A DNA stretch of 64,000 bases from a virus. The translations under genes were made by a program, and so were the position numbers. The notes beneath the pieces were generated by a model, which searched no databases, was not told the DNA's origin, and saw nothing but the letters and a program-made list of their open reading frames with translations. The DNA is taken from the IMG/VR virus record IMGVR_UViG_3300036715_002961, positions 24,801 to 88,800 of that record, one strand, 5' to 3'. Below, piece after piece: positions 1 to 9,418 of this stretch. Position 1 is the stretch's first letter, and every line of letters starts with the position of its first letter.

Positions 1-463
1 AATGCCGCTGGATCGGCGTCGAGAACGACGACATGCGACCGACGCGGACGATCCGCATGTCTTCCGGGCGGGGGGACGACGAGCCCGCGCGAATCGTCGA
101 GCCAGTGACTTCGAAAATCACGCGTAGGAGGCTACCGCGTTTGAGGACTCCCTCGAACACCTCGCGCACGCGATAGGGCGTCACAATGGCAGTCTCAGCG
201 CCCGTAGCACCGTCGAGGACGACGACGGGGGAGCGGTTGAGCAGCGTCGAATGCCACGAGCCGGAAAACTGGGACGGCATCACGCGAGCGCCGAGCGCCT
301 GTTGGACCGCGTCGACACCGTTTCCGGGGAGCCATTTCGTGACGACCTTTTGAGCGGTCGTCCACGTTGCACCTGTGATCAGCGGCAGCGCCGAACCTTG
401 CAACCGGATGCGCAGGCCGCCCGGATTCAGCTCTTCGATGGTCATGGCGGCCGCGTAGGTCAT
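1..463 (-). CDS. Tail tube initiator / baseplate-proximal protein (P2 gpU or Mu DNA-circularisation N-terminal-like), runs off the window edge
   Basis: Hand translation from ATG 463: MTYAAAMTIEELNPGGLRIRLQG...KWLPGNGVDAVQQALGARV...FSGSW; open to position 1. Lies downstream of the tape measure gene in a myovirus tail operon. Confidence 0.55.
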   Translation of the reverse strand, partial: MTYAAAMTIEELNPGGLRIRLQGSALPLITGATWTTAQKVVTKWLPGNGVDAVQQALGARVMPSQFSGSWHSTLLNRSPVVVLDGATGAETAIVTPYRVREVFEGVLKRGSLLRVIFEVTGSTIRAGSSSPRPEDMRIVRVGRMSSFSTPIQRH

Positions 464-477
464 GGCGAGACCGTACC

Positions 478-509
478 AAAAAAGCCGCCCTGGTTTCCCG
501 GGGCGGCTG
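478..509 (-). terminator. Rho-independent terminator
   Basis: Minus strand AGCCGCCCCGG-GAAA-CCAGGGCGGCT followed by TTTTT. Confidence 0.8.
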
Positions 510-515
510 GCGGAG

Positions 516-680
516 TCACTTGGCCTTCTTTTTCATCCAGGCCATGAGCGGGTTTGGCTTCGACCCGGCTTTCTTGGGGGCGGGCTCGTCGGACTCACTC
601 GGCGGGGACGAAGCCGAGGCGTCGTCGTCGGGCTCGTCGGATTCGCTCGGGGGAAACGGGGGCTTTTTTGCGCTTGCCAT
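516..680 (-). CDS. Small 54-aa Pro/Asp/Lys-rich protein with a duplicated PPSESDEP motif
   Basis: MASAKKPPFPPSESDEPDDDASASSPPSESDEPAPKKAGSKPNPLMAWMKKKAK; GGAGAG RBS upstream and terminator directly downstream; below the ORF-track size cut-off. Confidence 0.65.
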   Translation of the reverse strand: MASAKKPPFPPSESDEPDDDASASSPPSESDEPAPKKAGSKPNPLMAWMKKKAK

Positions 681-722
681 GATGATGTTCTCCAGAGGGG
701 AAATGCGGGATGCCCCCTTGTA

Positions 723-2573
723 TCAGAAACCGAACGGAAGCACGCCGCGGGCTTGCACCCGACGTGCGGCGTGCTGCGCAATGTCTTGGCGGAACAGGAC
801 GGCGACGCGGTCGGGTTCCTGGTCCTTGAAATCTTGTTTGATGTTGAACGTATTGCCATTGAAATTGACGACCGGCTGCTTCCCCTCGACGCCGAGGTTG
901 GGTGCGGCCGATTTCGCGATCTGCTGGGCTTTCTTGGGGTCAGTCGACGACAGCGCCTTGATGAACTCGCCGAACCCTTTGTCCAGAATTTCGGGACCTT
1001 GCTTTGCGATCGCGTCAGCCATTTGCTTGGTCGTCGTGATGTACTTGGCAATGTTCTGCATCGCCGCTTCGTCGTGGAGGCGCGAGGCCTCGTTGAAGAT
1101 CTGGAGAGCTTTTTTCGTGTTCCCCGACATGGCGGCCTGCTGGGCATCGCCGACGGACATGGTCGTGTCCGCGCGCGTGCCGAGCGCGTTCACGAAATTC
1201 TGACTAGTCTGGCTTCCGGCGCCGAGCTGGTGGCCGGCCAATGCCTCATATTTGTAGTATTCCGCTTGCAGTTTTTCGGTGTCGCCGCCGCCGGTGGAAC
1301 GAACCTTCGCGAGGACTGCGTCAGCGCGGGACTGGGCGACGTCCTTGGATACAGCGGCGAGCGAATCCATCATAAAATCCACGCCTTTCAGCATGAATTT
1401 GATCGCGTCCATGATGCCGTCGCCGATGGCGCGGCCGGCCGATTCCCAGTTTTCAAAACTGTCGTCACCACGACCGAACGCTTGTTCCCAGAGGGCGACG
1501 ACCTCGGCGCTGCTCTTGTCGAAGGCGTCGATCGCGCCGGTCGTGAACTGGATCGCATGGCCGAGGGATTTTGACAGGCTCTCGCCGAGCGCTTCGCCAC
1601 CGTCGAGCAGGTGTTGACCGAGTTCCGTTGCTGTGCCGTCCGCTTCGAGGAACTTGTCTTTGATCGCGTTCATGCCGACGCCGAGCGCTTCGTAGAGAGG
1701 CTTGCCCATGCCTTCCATGAAGTTGCCTTTGAAAACGTCCATGGATGTCTTGGCTTGCTCGAACGTGAGCGGCACTTTCTCCATTTTCTCGGCCATGCGC
1801 CCGATTGCCTTCTCGGCCAGCTCCATTTGCTTTTCGGGCGTCATTTTCATCATTTCCGAGGCAACGGACTTCGCGTTGCCTCGGAGAAGACCAGACGCCG
1901 AGATCAGCCCGACAATCGGGTTCTTCGCGCGGATGACGCCCATTTGCATCTGCTCAAACGCAGAAGAGAGCGCGGTCGCGCCGCCGGGGATGGCCTTGCC
2001 CGCTTGCGCCATCGCGGCGGTCAGCTCGACGGCCTGGTCGACAGATTTGCCGCCGCGGCTGATGACGTCGTCGAAAACCTGCACGAGCGCGTCGTCGGTC
2101 GTTCCGGCCGCCATCGCGATCTCTTCGAGGCCGTCCTTGATGTCGCCCGCGTAGTCTTTGAGACCCTCGTACGAGTTCGCGTTCTTGTCGATCATCGTGA
2201 GGACGCCGGCAAGCGAACGCACCTGAGCTTCGCTTTCGGCCCACGCCTCGACCGCCGCTTCGGGCATTTCTTTGATCGCCTCAACCGCCTCGTGGACCTT
2301 CTCGGTGGCGAAATCGACGATCTTGCTGCCGATGCGTTCCTGGAACCCGCGGGCGAAGTCGGATGCGAAACCTTTGAGGCCCTCTTCGGCTTTCTCGCTG
2401 GCGTCCTTGGGGGCAGACGCCTGGATGGTTTGCCAGGACCGCAGAACCTCAACCCATGAGTTTTCGGACTGTTTGAAGCCGCTCGCAATGTCCTGAGAAA
2501 TCTTGGCGGCGTCGGCTTGCGTGGCCGAGCCATCGAGAACAATTTTGACGCGGACCTGCGGTTGATCGGACAT
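723..2573 (-). CDS. Tail tape measure protein
   Basis: ~616 aa Ala/Gly-rich helical protein; follows the tail chaperone pair; tape-measure-like segment (ALSSAFEQMQMG). Confidence 0.85.
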   Translation of the reverse strand: MSDQPQVRVKIVLDGSATQADAAKISQDIASGFKQSENSWVEVLRSWQTIQASAPKDASEKAEEGLKGFASDFARGFQERIGSKIVDFATEKVHEAVEAIKEMPEAAVEAWAESEAQVRSLAGVLTMIDKNANSYEGLKDYAGDIKDGLEEIAMAAGTTDDALVQVFDDVISRGGKSVDQAVELTAAMAQAGKAIPGGATALSSAFEQMQMGVIRAKNPIVGLISASGLLRGNAKSVASEMMKMTPEKQMELAEKAIGRMAEKMEKVPLTFEQAKTSMDVFKGNFMEGMGKPLYEALGVGMNAIKDKFLEADGTATELGQHLLDGGEALGESLSKSLGHAIQFTTGAIDAFDKSSAEVVALWEQAFGRGDDSFENWESAGRAIGDGIMDAIKFMLKGVDFMMDSLAAVSKDVAQSRADAVLAKVRSTGGGDTEKLQAEYYKYEALAGHQLGAGSQTSQNFVNALGTRADTTMSVGDAQQAAMSGNTKKALQIFNEASRLHDEAAMQNIAKYITTTKQMADAIAKQGPEILDKGFGEFIKALSSTDPKKAQQIAKSAAPNLGVEGKQPVVNFNGNTFNIKQDFKDQEPDRVAVLFRQDIAQHAARRVQARGVLPFGF

Positions 2574-2626
2574 GCCCGCCAATATAAAGCGCCCCGCGCG
2601 GGGCGGGTTCCCGTGGGGGCGCTTCT

Positions 2627-2947
2627 TTATTCCGTAAGGTTGCTGAGAGGAGCCTCAGCGCTCATGATCTCGCCGAGAAGTTCCATTGCCATGTTGAGTT
2701 CGCGGGCCGGTCGGTCGTCCCAATAGCGAATGTCGATTCGGCCGTAGCGAGACAGTTTGAGCTTTTGAGCGAAACGCCTGCGACGGTATTCTTCGCCCGT
2801 AAACTCACAGATTTTAAACGTCCACATGGGGTCGCGCCCACACATGAGACCGTCGAAAACCTCTTCGATTTCTTCTTCGTCCCGTTCTCGACCGTCAGCC
2901 GTTACCCATGCAAGGCCGTTCCGACAACGAGACAATTGGAGAAAAAA
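2627..2947 (-). CDS. Tail assembly chaperone, -1 frameshift extension (gpGT-like)
   Basis: ORF lies in the -1 frame of the upstream chaperone, entered at T TTT TTC (2941-2947); no good start of its own. Confidence 0.75.
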   Translation of the reverse strand, partial: FFLQLSRCRNGLAWVTADGRERDEEEIEEVFDGLMCGRDPMWTFKICEFTGEEYRRRRFAQKLKLSRYGRIDIRYWDDRPARELNMAMELLGEIMSAEAPLSNLTE

Positions 2948-3429
2948 TCATTCAGTTCCGGTTCCGTGAACTTGTGCGCGCGCACGTACAAGTTAGTGAT
3001 CAACTCGCGGCATTTCGGACCAATGTCGTTCCAGAACTTGCGAACGTCACTGCGCTTGCCGCTCGCCGACCAGTCGGATTTGCTGCCGTCAATCGCGCGG
3101 ATCATGACCTTCGCGCACTCCCGGTAGAGGCGATAGGCGCCCGTCGCGCCGGCACGTTCGGCTGCGCGGTTTTCCTCGGCATCGGTCAGCGCCCACAGAA
3201 CGACGATGCGATCGCCGGCGCTCGGCCGGTGCGTCCATTCGGATTTGAGGCGAAGGATCCACACGGTAGCGCCTTCGGGGGCACGGTCGCGGATCTCGTC
3301 AGGAATTGCCTTCTGAGCCCATTCGGGAAGGGGCTTGGAGCCGTCGGCAAGGTTGGGATCGTCTTCTTCGGGGCCGGGGCCCGCGTCGACGTCGGTTTCT
3401 TCGAGAATTTCTTCGCTGACTTCAGTCAT
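2902..3429 (-). CDS. Tail assembly chaperone (gpG-like)
   Basis: Between tail tube and tape measure; acidic N-terminus; slippery site near the 3' end. Confidence 0.75.
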   Translation of the reverse strand: MTEVSEEILEETDVDAGPGPEEDDPNLADGSKPLPEWAQKAIPDEIRDRAPEGATVWILRLKSEWTHRPSAGDRIVVLWALTDAEENRAAERAGATGAYRLYRECAKVMIRAIDGSKSDWSASGKRSDVRKFWNDIGPKCRELITNLYVRAHKFTEPELNDFFSNCLVVGTALHG

Positions 3430-3511
3430 GGTTTGCGCCTTCAAAAGGGAGGGCGGCGATGCAGGCTAGGAAGGCGCAACCCATCCGATGAACCATCCTG
3501 CATCGCCGCCC
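3430..3511 (-). promoter_or_regulatory. Structured 5' leader of the chaperone gene (15-bp stem; loop complementary to the RBS)
   Basis: GGGCGGCGATGCAGG/CCTGCATCGCCGCCC perfect stem (3497-3511 with 3451-3465); loop GGTTGCGCCTTC (3470-3481) complementary to GAAGGCGCAAACC (3430-3442) just before the ATG. Confidence 0.6.
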
Positions 3512-3532
3512 AAAAAACAGGGGGTAGCCCTG
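3512..3532 (-). terminator. Probable weak Rho-independent terminator after the tail tube gene
   Basis: CAGGG...CCCTG stem followed by TTTTTT on the minus strand. Confidence 0.55.
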
Positions 3533-3548
3533 GCGCCTTAGAATCCGA

Positions 3549-3989
3549 TCAAGAGAGTCGGGCGTCGCCGCCGGAGCACTCGAAGTTGATCGTGCACTTC
3601 ACATACTGCACACGATCGGCGATTTCCAGCGGGAACCCGCCAAACGCACAACCGCGGTAGTTGATCGTCGGCGTGTCGCCGTTGGCGAAGCTGAGGACGA
3701 TGGAAATCGTGAACTCAAGATCCGGCTTGATCCGCTGGGCTTTTTCACGGACCAGGTTGCGGAAACCCAAGAGCTTCTGGGAGGAAATGTCGAGGTCAAT
3801 CGACCCCTTGGTCCCTTTGAAGATCATGTCTTTCTCTTCCGAGAGCTGACCAAGGTAACCCTTGGAAATGATCTCGTAGACGTCCTCTTCGCTGAACTTC
3901 GTGATCTCGGAAATCTCTTCCCGGATCTCGCCGTCGACGGAGACGATGATCGTTACTTCTTGACCTTTGATGCGATTCTTCGGTGCCAT
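3549..3989 (-). CDS. Tail tube protein
   Basis: 146 aa beta-rich protein directly downstream of the sheath; AGGAG RBS. Confidence 0.8.
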   Translation of the reverse strand: MAPKNRIKGQEVTIIVSVDGEIREEISEITKFSEEDVYEIISKGYLGQLSEEKDMIFKGTKGSIDLDISSQKLLGFRNLVREKAQRIKPDLEFTISIVLSFANGDTPTINYRGCAFGGFPLEIADRVQYVKCTINFECSGGDARLS

Positions 3990-4001
3990 GGGCGTCTCCT
4001 A

Positions 4002-6515
4002 TCAGGCGGCGAGCAGCTCTTGAACTTCGACGCTCTCGCCCGCCGTCACGGCAAACACGATCGCGTTGAGACCTGGGATGATTCGGACCTTCACGATGAT
4101 CCGGTAGAGGCCGCGGGCGAGAAGGTCCGCGGTGTTGCCGCTCTTCGAGTCGCGCGTGTAGCCCTCGATGCGCTGGCTCGCCGGGTTTTCCTTGGAGAGC
4201 AGCGCCGCGAGGAACGCGTCGACGTTCTCGTCGAGGTTTTTCCGCCGAGAGAGCGTTGACGCCTTTTTTGAGGGCGGACCGCCGATCAGGGCCAGCGTGT
4301 CTTGGACGTAGTCGGCCATGTTGCGCCGATTGATGGAGACGAGCGAGGGATAGGCCGCCGGGTCGACGGACGTCACGCCGCTCTGGAAACCGGCGATCGA
4401 ACTGTCGAACGACGCCGAACAGACGCCAGCGCGCTTGAGGATCTTGTAGTCGTTGATCTCGAAATTCTGGACGTTTGCGCCCGACTCGAAACCAACGATG
4501 TTTCCGAGCAGCTGCGTTTGCTGCGCCGGATTTTCCTCAGGTAGGAGCTGCGTCATGATGGAAACGAGGCAAGCGTCGGCGCCCACGTCGATCTGCCCAG
4601 ACGTCGAAAACCCGGCGCCGCCGCTTGCGCCGTTCGCGGCAATGTCAGGCAGAACCAGCGAGAAGTTGGGGTAGCAGTAGTAGACGCGGTCGCTCGCCGT
4701 CGCGCCGACGCCCGGTTCAGCCACGCGCGAAGCGGCGACGTCGCGGGCGGTGTTCATCGGGGCCCGGGCGACGAACTTGCGACCGAGGCATCCGTTGGCC
4801 GTCGCGTCGATCGCGTTCGCCCGGCCCATGCGGCGAACGGCGTTGGACTGGCGCGCGGACCAGATGAAATTGGCGTCGCGGGCGACCGAACGACGACTCT
4901 TGGTCTTGTCAAAGGCGGCCTGGTAGCGGACGTCGATCTGTGGCTCGGTCAGCGCCGCCGTGATAGCGAGCGGGTTGACGAAATCGAAGGCGCCGATGTC
5001 GACGACGCGACCGATGCGGTTGAGGCCGCCGATGGCGACCGACGTTCCGGTGCCGTCGTCGAGGGCATGACGGACCTTGGCCGAGTAGCCGCTGGGCGAG
5101 GCCGTGACGGCGACGCTCTGCATGGTCACGAAAGCCTGCGAGCCGGCGTCGAGCAGAACGGTACCAGCGGGAAGCGATCCGGTCGCTACACCGGCTGCCT
5201 GCGCGACGCCGACAACGAGGCCGAGCTTCGTGAGGACGGTTCCGGCCGAGGCGCCGACCACGCGGACCGAGCCGCCGTTTGCCTGCCCCGTGAAAAGGAT
5301 ACGGGTCGCGTCGTAAGCGCTCGCGAGAGCGTACCCGGCGGCTGCGTTGATTCGCGCGATGACCTGCGCCTGCGTCTGGTCGCCGACAAGGAACCCGACC
5401 GCGAAGGTTCCGCGGCCGTCAACCGCGAGCTGGAGGGACTCGCCGCCGACGAACCCGGTGGAGTAGGTCCCGGCGGTCGAGAGCAGGCGGGCGCGACCGT
5501 CGGCCGAGTTCATGGCGCCAGCCATGAACCCAAGCGCCGAGGCGGTGCCGCCGGCGACCCTCAAAAAGTCGGCGTCGCTCGCGTAGGCGTAGGAGACGCG
5601 GATTGCGCCGCTGGAAACCTTCTCAACGGTCGAGCCGCTGACGGCCGCTTCAACGATCGATTTGACCTCGGAAAACGAGACGGCGTCGACGTCGCCGATG
5701 TTGCCCGTTCCGAGGGTCGTAGCGACCGCGAAACCGAGCTTCGCGAGGACGCCCGACGAGGCCGCCACGACTCGAACGGATCCGCGAGAGCCTCGCCGGC
5801 GACCGGTCAGGCGGATGGCCGTCGCCGTCGCCGGATCGGCAAACGAGAACCCGGCGGCGGCGTTGATTCGAGCGATGACCTGCGCCTGCGTTTGGTCGCC
5901 CGCAAGAAACACAACGGTGAAGTCGCTCGCGTCGTCGTAGCCGAGCGTCAACGACTCGCCGCCGACGAACCCGGTGGCGTAGGTCCCGGCGCCCGACGTG
6001 ACGTTCGCAGCGGCCGCCGTAAACGTCGCGGCGAGCGAGACGCCGTCGCCCTTGTCAAACGAAATGGTGTCGCCCGGTTCGAGGTTGTACGAGAACGACG
6101 CGGCGCCGAGCAGGCTTGCGCGACGGTTGAACGACACCGCGCCAACGCTTGTGTCGACGCGACACAAGATCAGTCGCGAGAAGATGCGGCCGTAGATCTG
6201 CGCGTAGCCGTTGCCGTTCCAGTACTCGGGGACCAACGCGTCGTCCGCGCGACGCACGCGCGCACAAGGGTTCTGCGCGCCGATACCGTCGTAGGTGTAA
6301 CCGAACCCGCCGAAAACGCGAAGGTAGTCTTCGGCTCCAGCGATCTCGGTGGGGGATTCAAATGGACCATCTTCGAACTCACCGACGCAAACGGCTGTGC
6401 CGGTTCCAGCGCCGACGACGGGGGCCGGCGGCGTCAGGTCGAGAATGTTGACGGCCTCGATTTCGAGAAGAACATCGGGCCCGGGATCGGTGGTGAAACG
6501 GCGAACGAACGGCAT
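4002..6515 (-). CDS. Tail sheath protein with inserted duplicated domains
   Basis: Start MPFVRRF with GGAGG RBS; N-terminal VGEFEDGPFESPTEI...Y.RVFGG; C-terminal INRRNMADYV...GLYRIIVKVRIIP typical of contractile sheaths; 837 aa. Confidence 0.9.
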   Translation of the reverse strand: MPFVRRFTTDPGPDVLLEIEAVNILDLTPPAPVVGAGTGTAVCVGEFEDGPFESPTEIAGAEDYLRVFGGFGYTYDGIGAQNPCARVRRADDALVPEYWNGNGYAQIYGRIFSRLILCRVDTSVGAVSFNRRASLLGAASFSYNLEPGDTISFDKGDGVSLAATFTAAAANVTSGAGTYATGFVGGESLTLGYDDASDFTVVFLAGDQTQAQVIARINAAAGFSFADPATATAIRLTGRRRGSRGSVRVVAASSGVLAKLGFAVATTLGTGNIGDVDAVSFSEVKSIVEAAVSGSTVEKVSSGAIRVSYAYASDADFLRVAGGTASALGFMAGAMNSADGRARLLSTAGTYSTGFVGGESLQLAVDGRGTFAVGFLVGDQTQAQVIARINAAAGYALASAYDATRILFTGQANGGSVRVVGASAGTVLTKLGLVVGVAQAAGVATGSLPAGTVLLDAGSQAFVTMQSVAVTASPSGYSAKVRHALDDGTGTSVAIGGLNRIGRVVDIGAFDFVNPLAITAALTEPQIDVRYQAAFDKTKSRRSVARDANFIWSARQSNAVRRMGRANAIDATANGCLGRKFVARAPMNTARDVAASRVAEPGVGATASDRVYYCYPNFSLVLPDIAANGASGGAGFSTSGQIDVGADACLVSIMTQLLPEENPAQQTQLLGNIVGFESGANVQNFEINDYKILKRAGVCSASFDSSIAGFQSGVTSVDPAAYPSLVSINRRNMADYVQDTLALIGGPPSKKASTLSRRKNLDENVDAFLAALLSKENPASQRIEGYTRDSKSGNTADLLARGLYRIIVKVRIIPGLNAIVFAVTAGESVEVQELLAA

Positions 6516-6588
6516 CTGGCGACCTCCAAGGGGGTTTGTGGTCGGCAGTACATCACACGCCACGGGAACCCGGGTTCCCGCGGGGCGG

Positions 6589-7356
6589 TTATCTGAGCGG
6601 GACGTTGCGCAGGTTTCGAGGCGAACCGTCGAGGACGAGGATGCCATCGGCGACCTCGGTCGCGCTTGGCGGGTCGTCGACGCCGACGACGATCTGGGCT
6701 TCGAATGGGACGTAAGGGATCAAAACGACAAGAGTTTGGCTCATCGTGACCTCGACAGACGCTTCGCGGCGGTTACGAATCGCCGATTCTTCGTCACGTT
6801 GACGGTCGCTTTCTTGCCAAAATTCGACGACTTGCTCGTAGTAGTCGGGCAAGAGGAACCGCACGCCGCGGTTTTCCTGCGTCGGATTGAGCGCGTAGGC
6901 AATGCACGAAATAATCGAGCGAGATTCAGCCTTTGAAGATGCGTGGATCTCGATGGCGAATCGCTCGGTGCGGTAGCCGACCCGCTGAAGAACCGTTCCG
7001 AAACCGAACTGGTCGCAGGTCTCTTCCATGACCTGCGGGCCCATGCCAGGGGGCTCGGTTTCCGGGTTCTGGAGCGTCATAAAAACAAGCGACGGGCGGC
7101 GAAGCTCGACCTCGCCGTCGGGCCATCCGATGTGAATGTCCGCCGGCGGGATCTTGAAAAGGATCGGTTCGCCAAGTTCGCCAGTGACCGGGTCTTTGTC
7201 GCCGGGGCGGTAGAAGTTGAGAAGGGACATGTAGCGTTTGAGGACGCGAAGGCCACGCGTGCGGACGTCGACCGAAACGGCAGCCGGGGCTGGCCGAGGG
7301 GGAAACGACGCGTAGGGCGTGCCGACGACCAATTTGGAAAGGGGGAGATCAGCCAT
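6589..7356 (-). CDS. Probable tail terminator / neck protein
   Basis: Position between the HK97-gp10-like gene and the sheath; 255 aa. Confidence 0.5.
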   Translation of the reverse strand: MADLPLSKLVVGTPYASFPPRPAPAAVSVDVRTRGLRVLKRYMSLLNFYRPGDKDPVTGELGEPILFKIPPADIHIGWPDGEVELRRPSLVFMTLQNPETEPPGMGPQVMEETCDQFGFGTVLQRVGYRTERFAIEIHASSKAESRSIISCIAYALNPTQENRGVRFLLPDYYEQVVEFWQESDRQRDEESAIRNRREASVEVTMSQTLVVLIPYVPFEAQIVVGVDDPPSATEVADGILVLDGSPRNLRNVPLR

Positions 7357-7849
7357 TGAATGCCTCTTCGATTGCGTCTGCGATCTCTTCGACCAGGAAC
7401 TCGCCGCTGAGTTTCATCGCGCGTTCCAGGATTCGAAGGCCCTTGCCCTCGTTGAAGATGCCGCGCTTTTGCATGGATTTGGCGATAGCGAACGCGATTG
7501 AGGGCGCTTCGTCCTGCGTTCCGATGCCTTTGCGGACAACCCAACGCGCGAGGTCTTCGAGCATTTGACGGCCGATCTTCACGTTTTGAGACCGAACGCC
7601 GTACTCGATGAACGGGGCATGGGGAGCGACGTTGTAGATCTCGACGCCGTCGGGGGTCGGTTCGGACCGCCAGCCGGCGCGGTAGGCGCCTCGGTCGACG
7701 GGAACACGGGGCTCAGAGGGGATCAGCTCGTTGACGATATGAGCGACGACGCGAGCGCCCGCCGAAACGATGCCCGCGCGAGCCGCCTTCTCGACGCTGG
7801 TCCCAATGTATTGCCGGAGCGCCGGATCCTTGAGGTCGAAAATGGGCAT
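7349..7849 (-). CDS. Virion morphogenesis protein, HK97 gp10-like
   Basis: PVDRGAYRAGW...YNVAPHAPFIEYG motif; start MPIFD with GAGG RBS. Confidence 0.75.
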   Translation of the reverse strand: MPIFDLKDPALRQYIGTSVEKAARAGIVSAGARVVAHIVNELIPSEPRVPVDRGAYRAGWRSEPTPDGVEIYNVAPHAPFIEYGVRSQNVKIGRQMLEDLARWVVRKGIGTQDEAPSIAFAIAKSMQKRGIFNEGKGLRILERAMKLSGEFLVEEIADAIEEAFNG

Positions 7850-7850
7850 G

Positions 7851-8618
7851 TCAGTCCTCGTTGACGCCGGCTTGGTTGCGTCCCGCGCGCGAGCGATCCT
7901 CATCGGCACGCTCCAGCACGAGAGACCAGTCGGCGCGGTTGCGGCGCTTCGTGGGGAGGCTCGCGGCGCGGAAGCGCATGCGCTCTGCGTCTTTAACGCC
8001 GACCTCGACGACCTCCCAAAAAAACGAAACGCGATCAGGGATCCGACGAGACGACCCGGGATCCATCGCGCCCGCGAGGACTAGTGCCGCTTCGTCGGCG
8101 CGAAGGCCCATGAGCGACGCGGGGACGCCCGGTGGGGGCTCGCAGACCGACTGCGTGCACGCGCCAAGGCTCGCGAAAAATTCGGGGTTGGGAAGCGTCC
8201 GGCCGAGCAAGTTGTCGGCGGTCAGCAAGAGCGAAATTCCGTCGACGCGGATCGAACCCACGGGAACCACACCACCGGAAAATCCCTGGAGCGCGACGCT
8301 GCTCAGATCGGAGACGACCGGGCGGGGGAGAAGCTTGACGCTCGCGAGCAGGCGGGCGCGACCCTCGCCGCGCTCGGCGCCGCTCCATTGCTCCCAAATC
8401 AGGTAGACGTCCCAGGGCGTGAGGCCGAGACGGTCGCGCGTCTTCGAGCGGATCCGGGCGACCATCGGGGCCATGCGCTGGAGGATGGTCGGACCAGGGC
8501 CGCAAGCGGGCTCTTCCGCGAGGGTCTCCATGGCGATGCCGCCGGCGGGCCACGCCGAGACGAGCGGTTGCGGGCACGCGCTGCAATCGGTCTCACACTG
8601 CCCGCAACCGCAGTACAT
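7851..8618 (-). CDS. Probable head-closure (stopper) protein
   Basis: Position in the head-tail joining block; Cys-rich N-terminal extension; start uncertain. Confidence 0.45.
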   Translation of the reverse strand: MYCGCGQCETDCSACPQPLVSAWPAGGIAMETLAEEPACGPGPTILQRMAPMVARIRSKTRDRLGLTPWDVYLIWEQWSGAERGEGRARLLASVKLLPRPVVSDLSSVALQGFSGGVVPVGSIRVDGISLLLTADNLLGRTLPNPEFFASLGACTQSVCEPPPGVPASLMGLRADEAALVLAGAMDPGSSRRIPDRVSFFWEVVEVGVKDAERMRFRAASLPTKRRNRADWSLVLERADEDRSRAGRNQAGVNED

Positions 8619-8923
8619 CAGCGCCCCCCGTCCTGGGCCGCGCCCGCGTCGCGCGAGGCACCCTCACGCCCGCGTTGGGCCGCCTTGGTCAGCTCGCGAA
8701 CGACCGGTTCGAGGTCGGCGGTGACGCCGCAAATCGTGCGCAGCGCGGGCATGTCAGCATCAGGGTGTTCGGCGACGCAAACGGCGAGCGTCAGGTCGAC
8801 CGCGCCGCGGATGACAGCCTTGTTGGCGGCCGGCGAACAGGCGGGCGGAACGACCGCGATCAGCGCGGCGCCGAGAACGGAGAGAAGAGCGAAACGGAAC
8901 GGAATGGCCGGGCGATTGCACAT
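8618..8923 (-). CDS. Small predicted lipoprotein / membrane protein
   Basis: Hydrophobic signal FALLSVLGAALIAVVPPAC followed by a short Cys-containing domain; AAGGA RBS. Confidence 0.55.
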   Translation of the reverse strand: MCNRPAIPFRFALLSVLGAALIAVVPPACSPAANKAVIRGAVDLTLAVCVAEHPDADMPALRTICGVTADLEPVVRELTKAAQRGREGASRDAGAAQDGGR

Positions 8924-8934
8924 GGAGAATCCTT

Positions 8935-9372
8935 TCAGAGAACGGGGACGTTGATGCCACCGGAACAGCCCTTGAGCCACTCGCGCATGTCGTAGGGATT
9001 GACCGGGCATCCCAAGAGATTCGCGAGGCCTTGCTGGGCGATTTTGTAGGTAGAGGCGAGCTTTCGAAGTCGCTTTTCGTCGACGGTAATCTCGCCAATA
9101 GACGAGATTTCGTTGAGATCGGAGTTGCAGAAAACCTGGTTCATAATGTCGTCGAGACGAGCCAGGAACTTCATGAGACGCGGCACGGAATGAATATTGA
9201 GCTGCGTCATCGAATTTTCGATCGCGAACAGCGGATGCACGAGAATCGGGACGCCGAGACCGTAGGTCGTCGCCGATGAAACGTCGAGATACCCCATGTG
9301 CTCGCGCACGCGGGATTTGGTCTCTTCGGACAGGACTGCGACTTTCGGGGGTAGTCTCGTGATGCCGCTCAT
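8935..9372 (-). CDS. Probable head-tail adaptor protein
   Basis: Helical 145-aa protein (LSEETKSRVREHMGY) two genes downstream of the capsid gene. Confidence 0.55.
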   Translation of the reverse strand: MSGITRLPPKVAVLSEETKSRVREHMGYLDVSSATTYGLGVPILVHPLFAIENSMTQLNIHSVPRLMKFLARLDDIMNQVFCNSDLNEISSIGEITVDEKRLRKLASTYKIAQQGLANLLGCPVNPYDMREWLKGCSGGINVPVL

Positions 9373-9388
9373 GGCGCCAAAATACACG

Positions 9389-9418
9389 AAACCCTCTGTC
9401 GCCTGGACAGAGGGTTCG
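9389..9418 (-). terminator. Hairpin / probable terminator
   Basis: AACCCTCTGTC-CAGGC-GACAGAGGGTT stem followed by TCGTGTATTTT. Confidence 0.6.

Noticed and set aside
3549-6515. Sheath and tube as a tailocin, eCIS or T6SS
   Set aside because: Capsid, portal, terminase and replication genes are present, so this is a phage tail.
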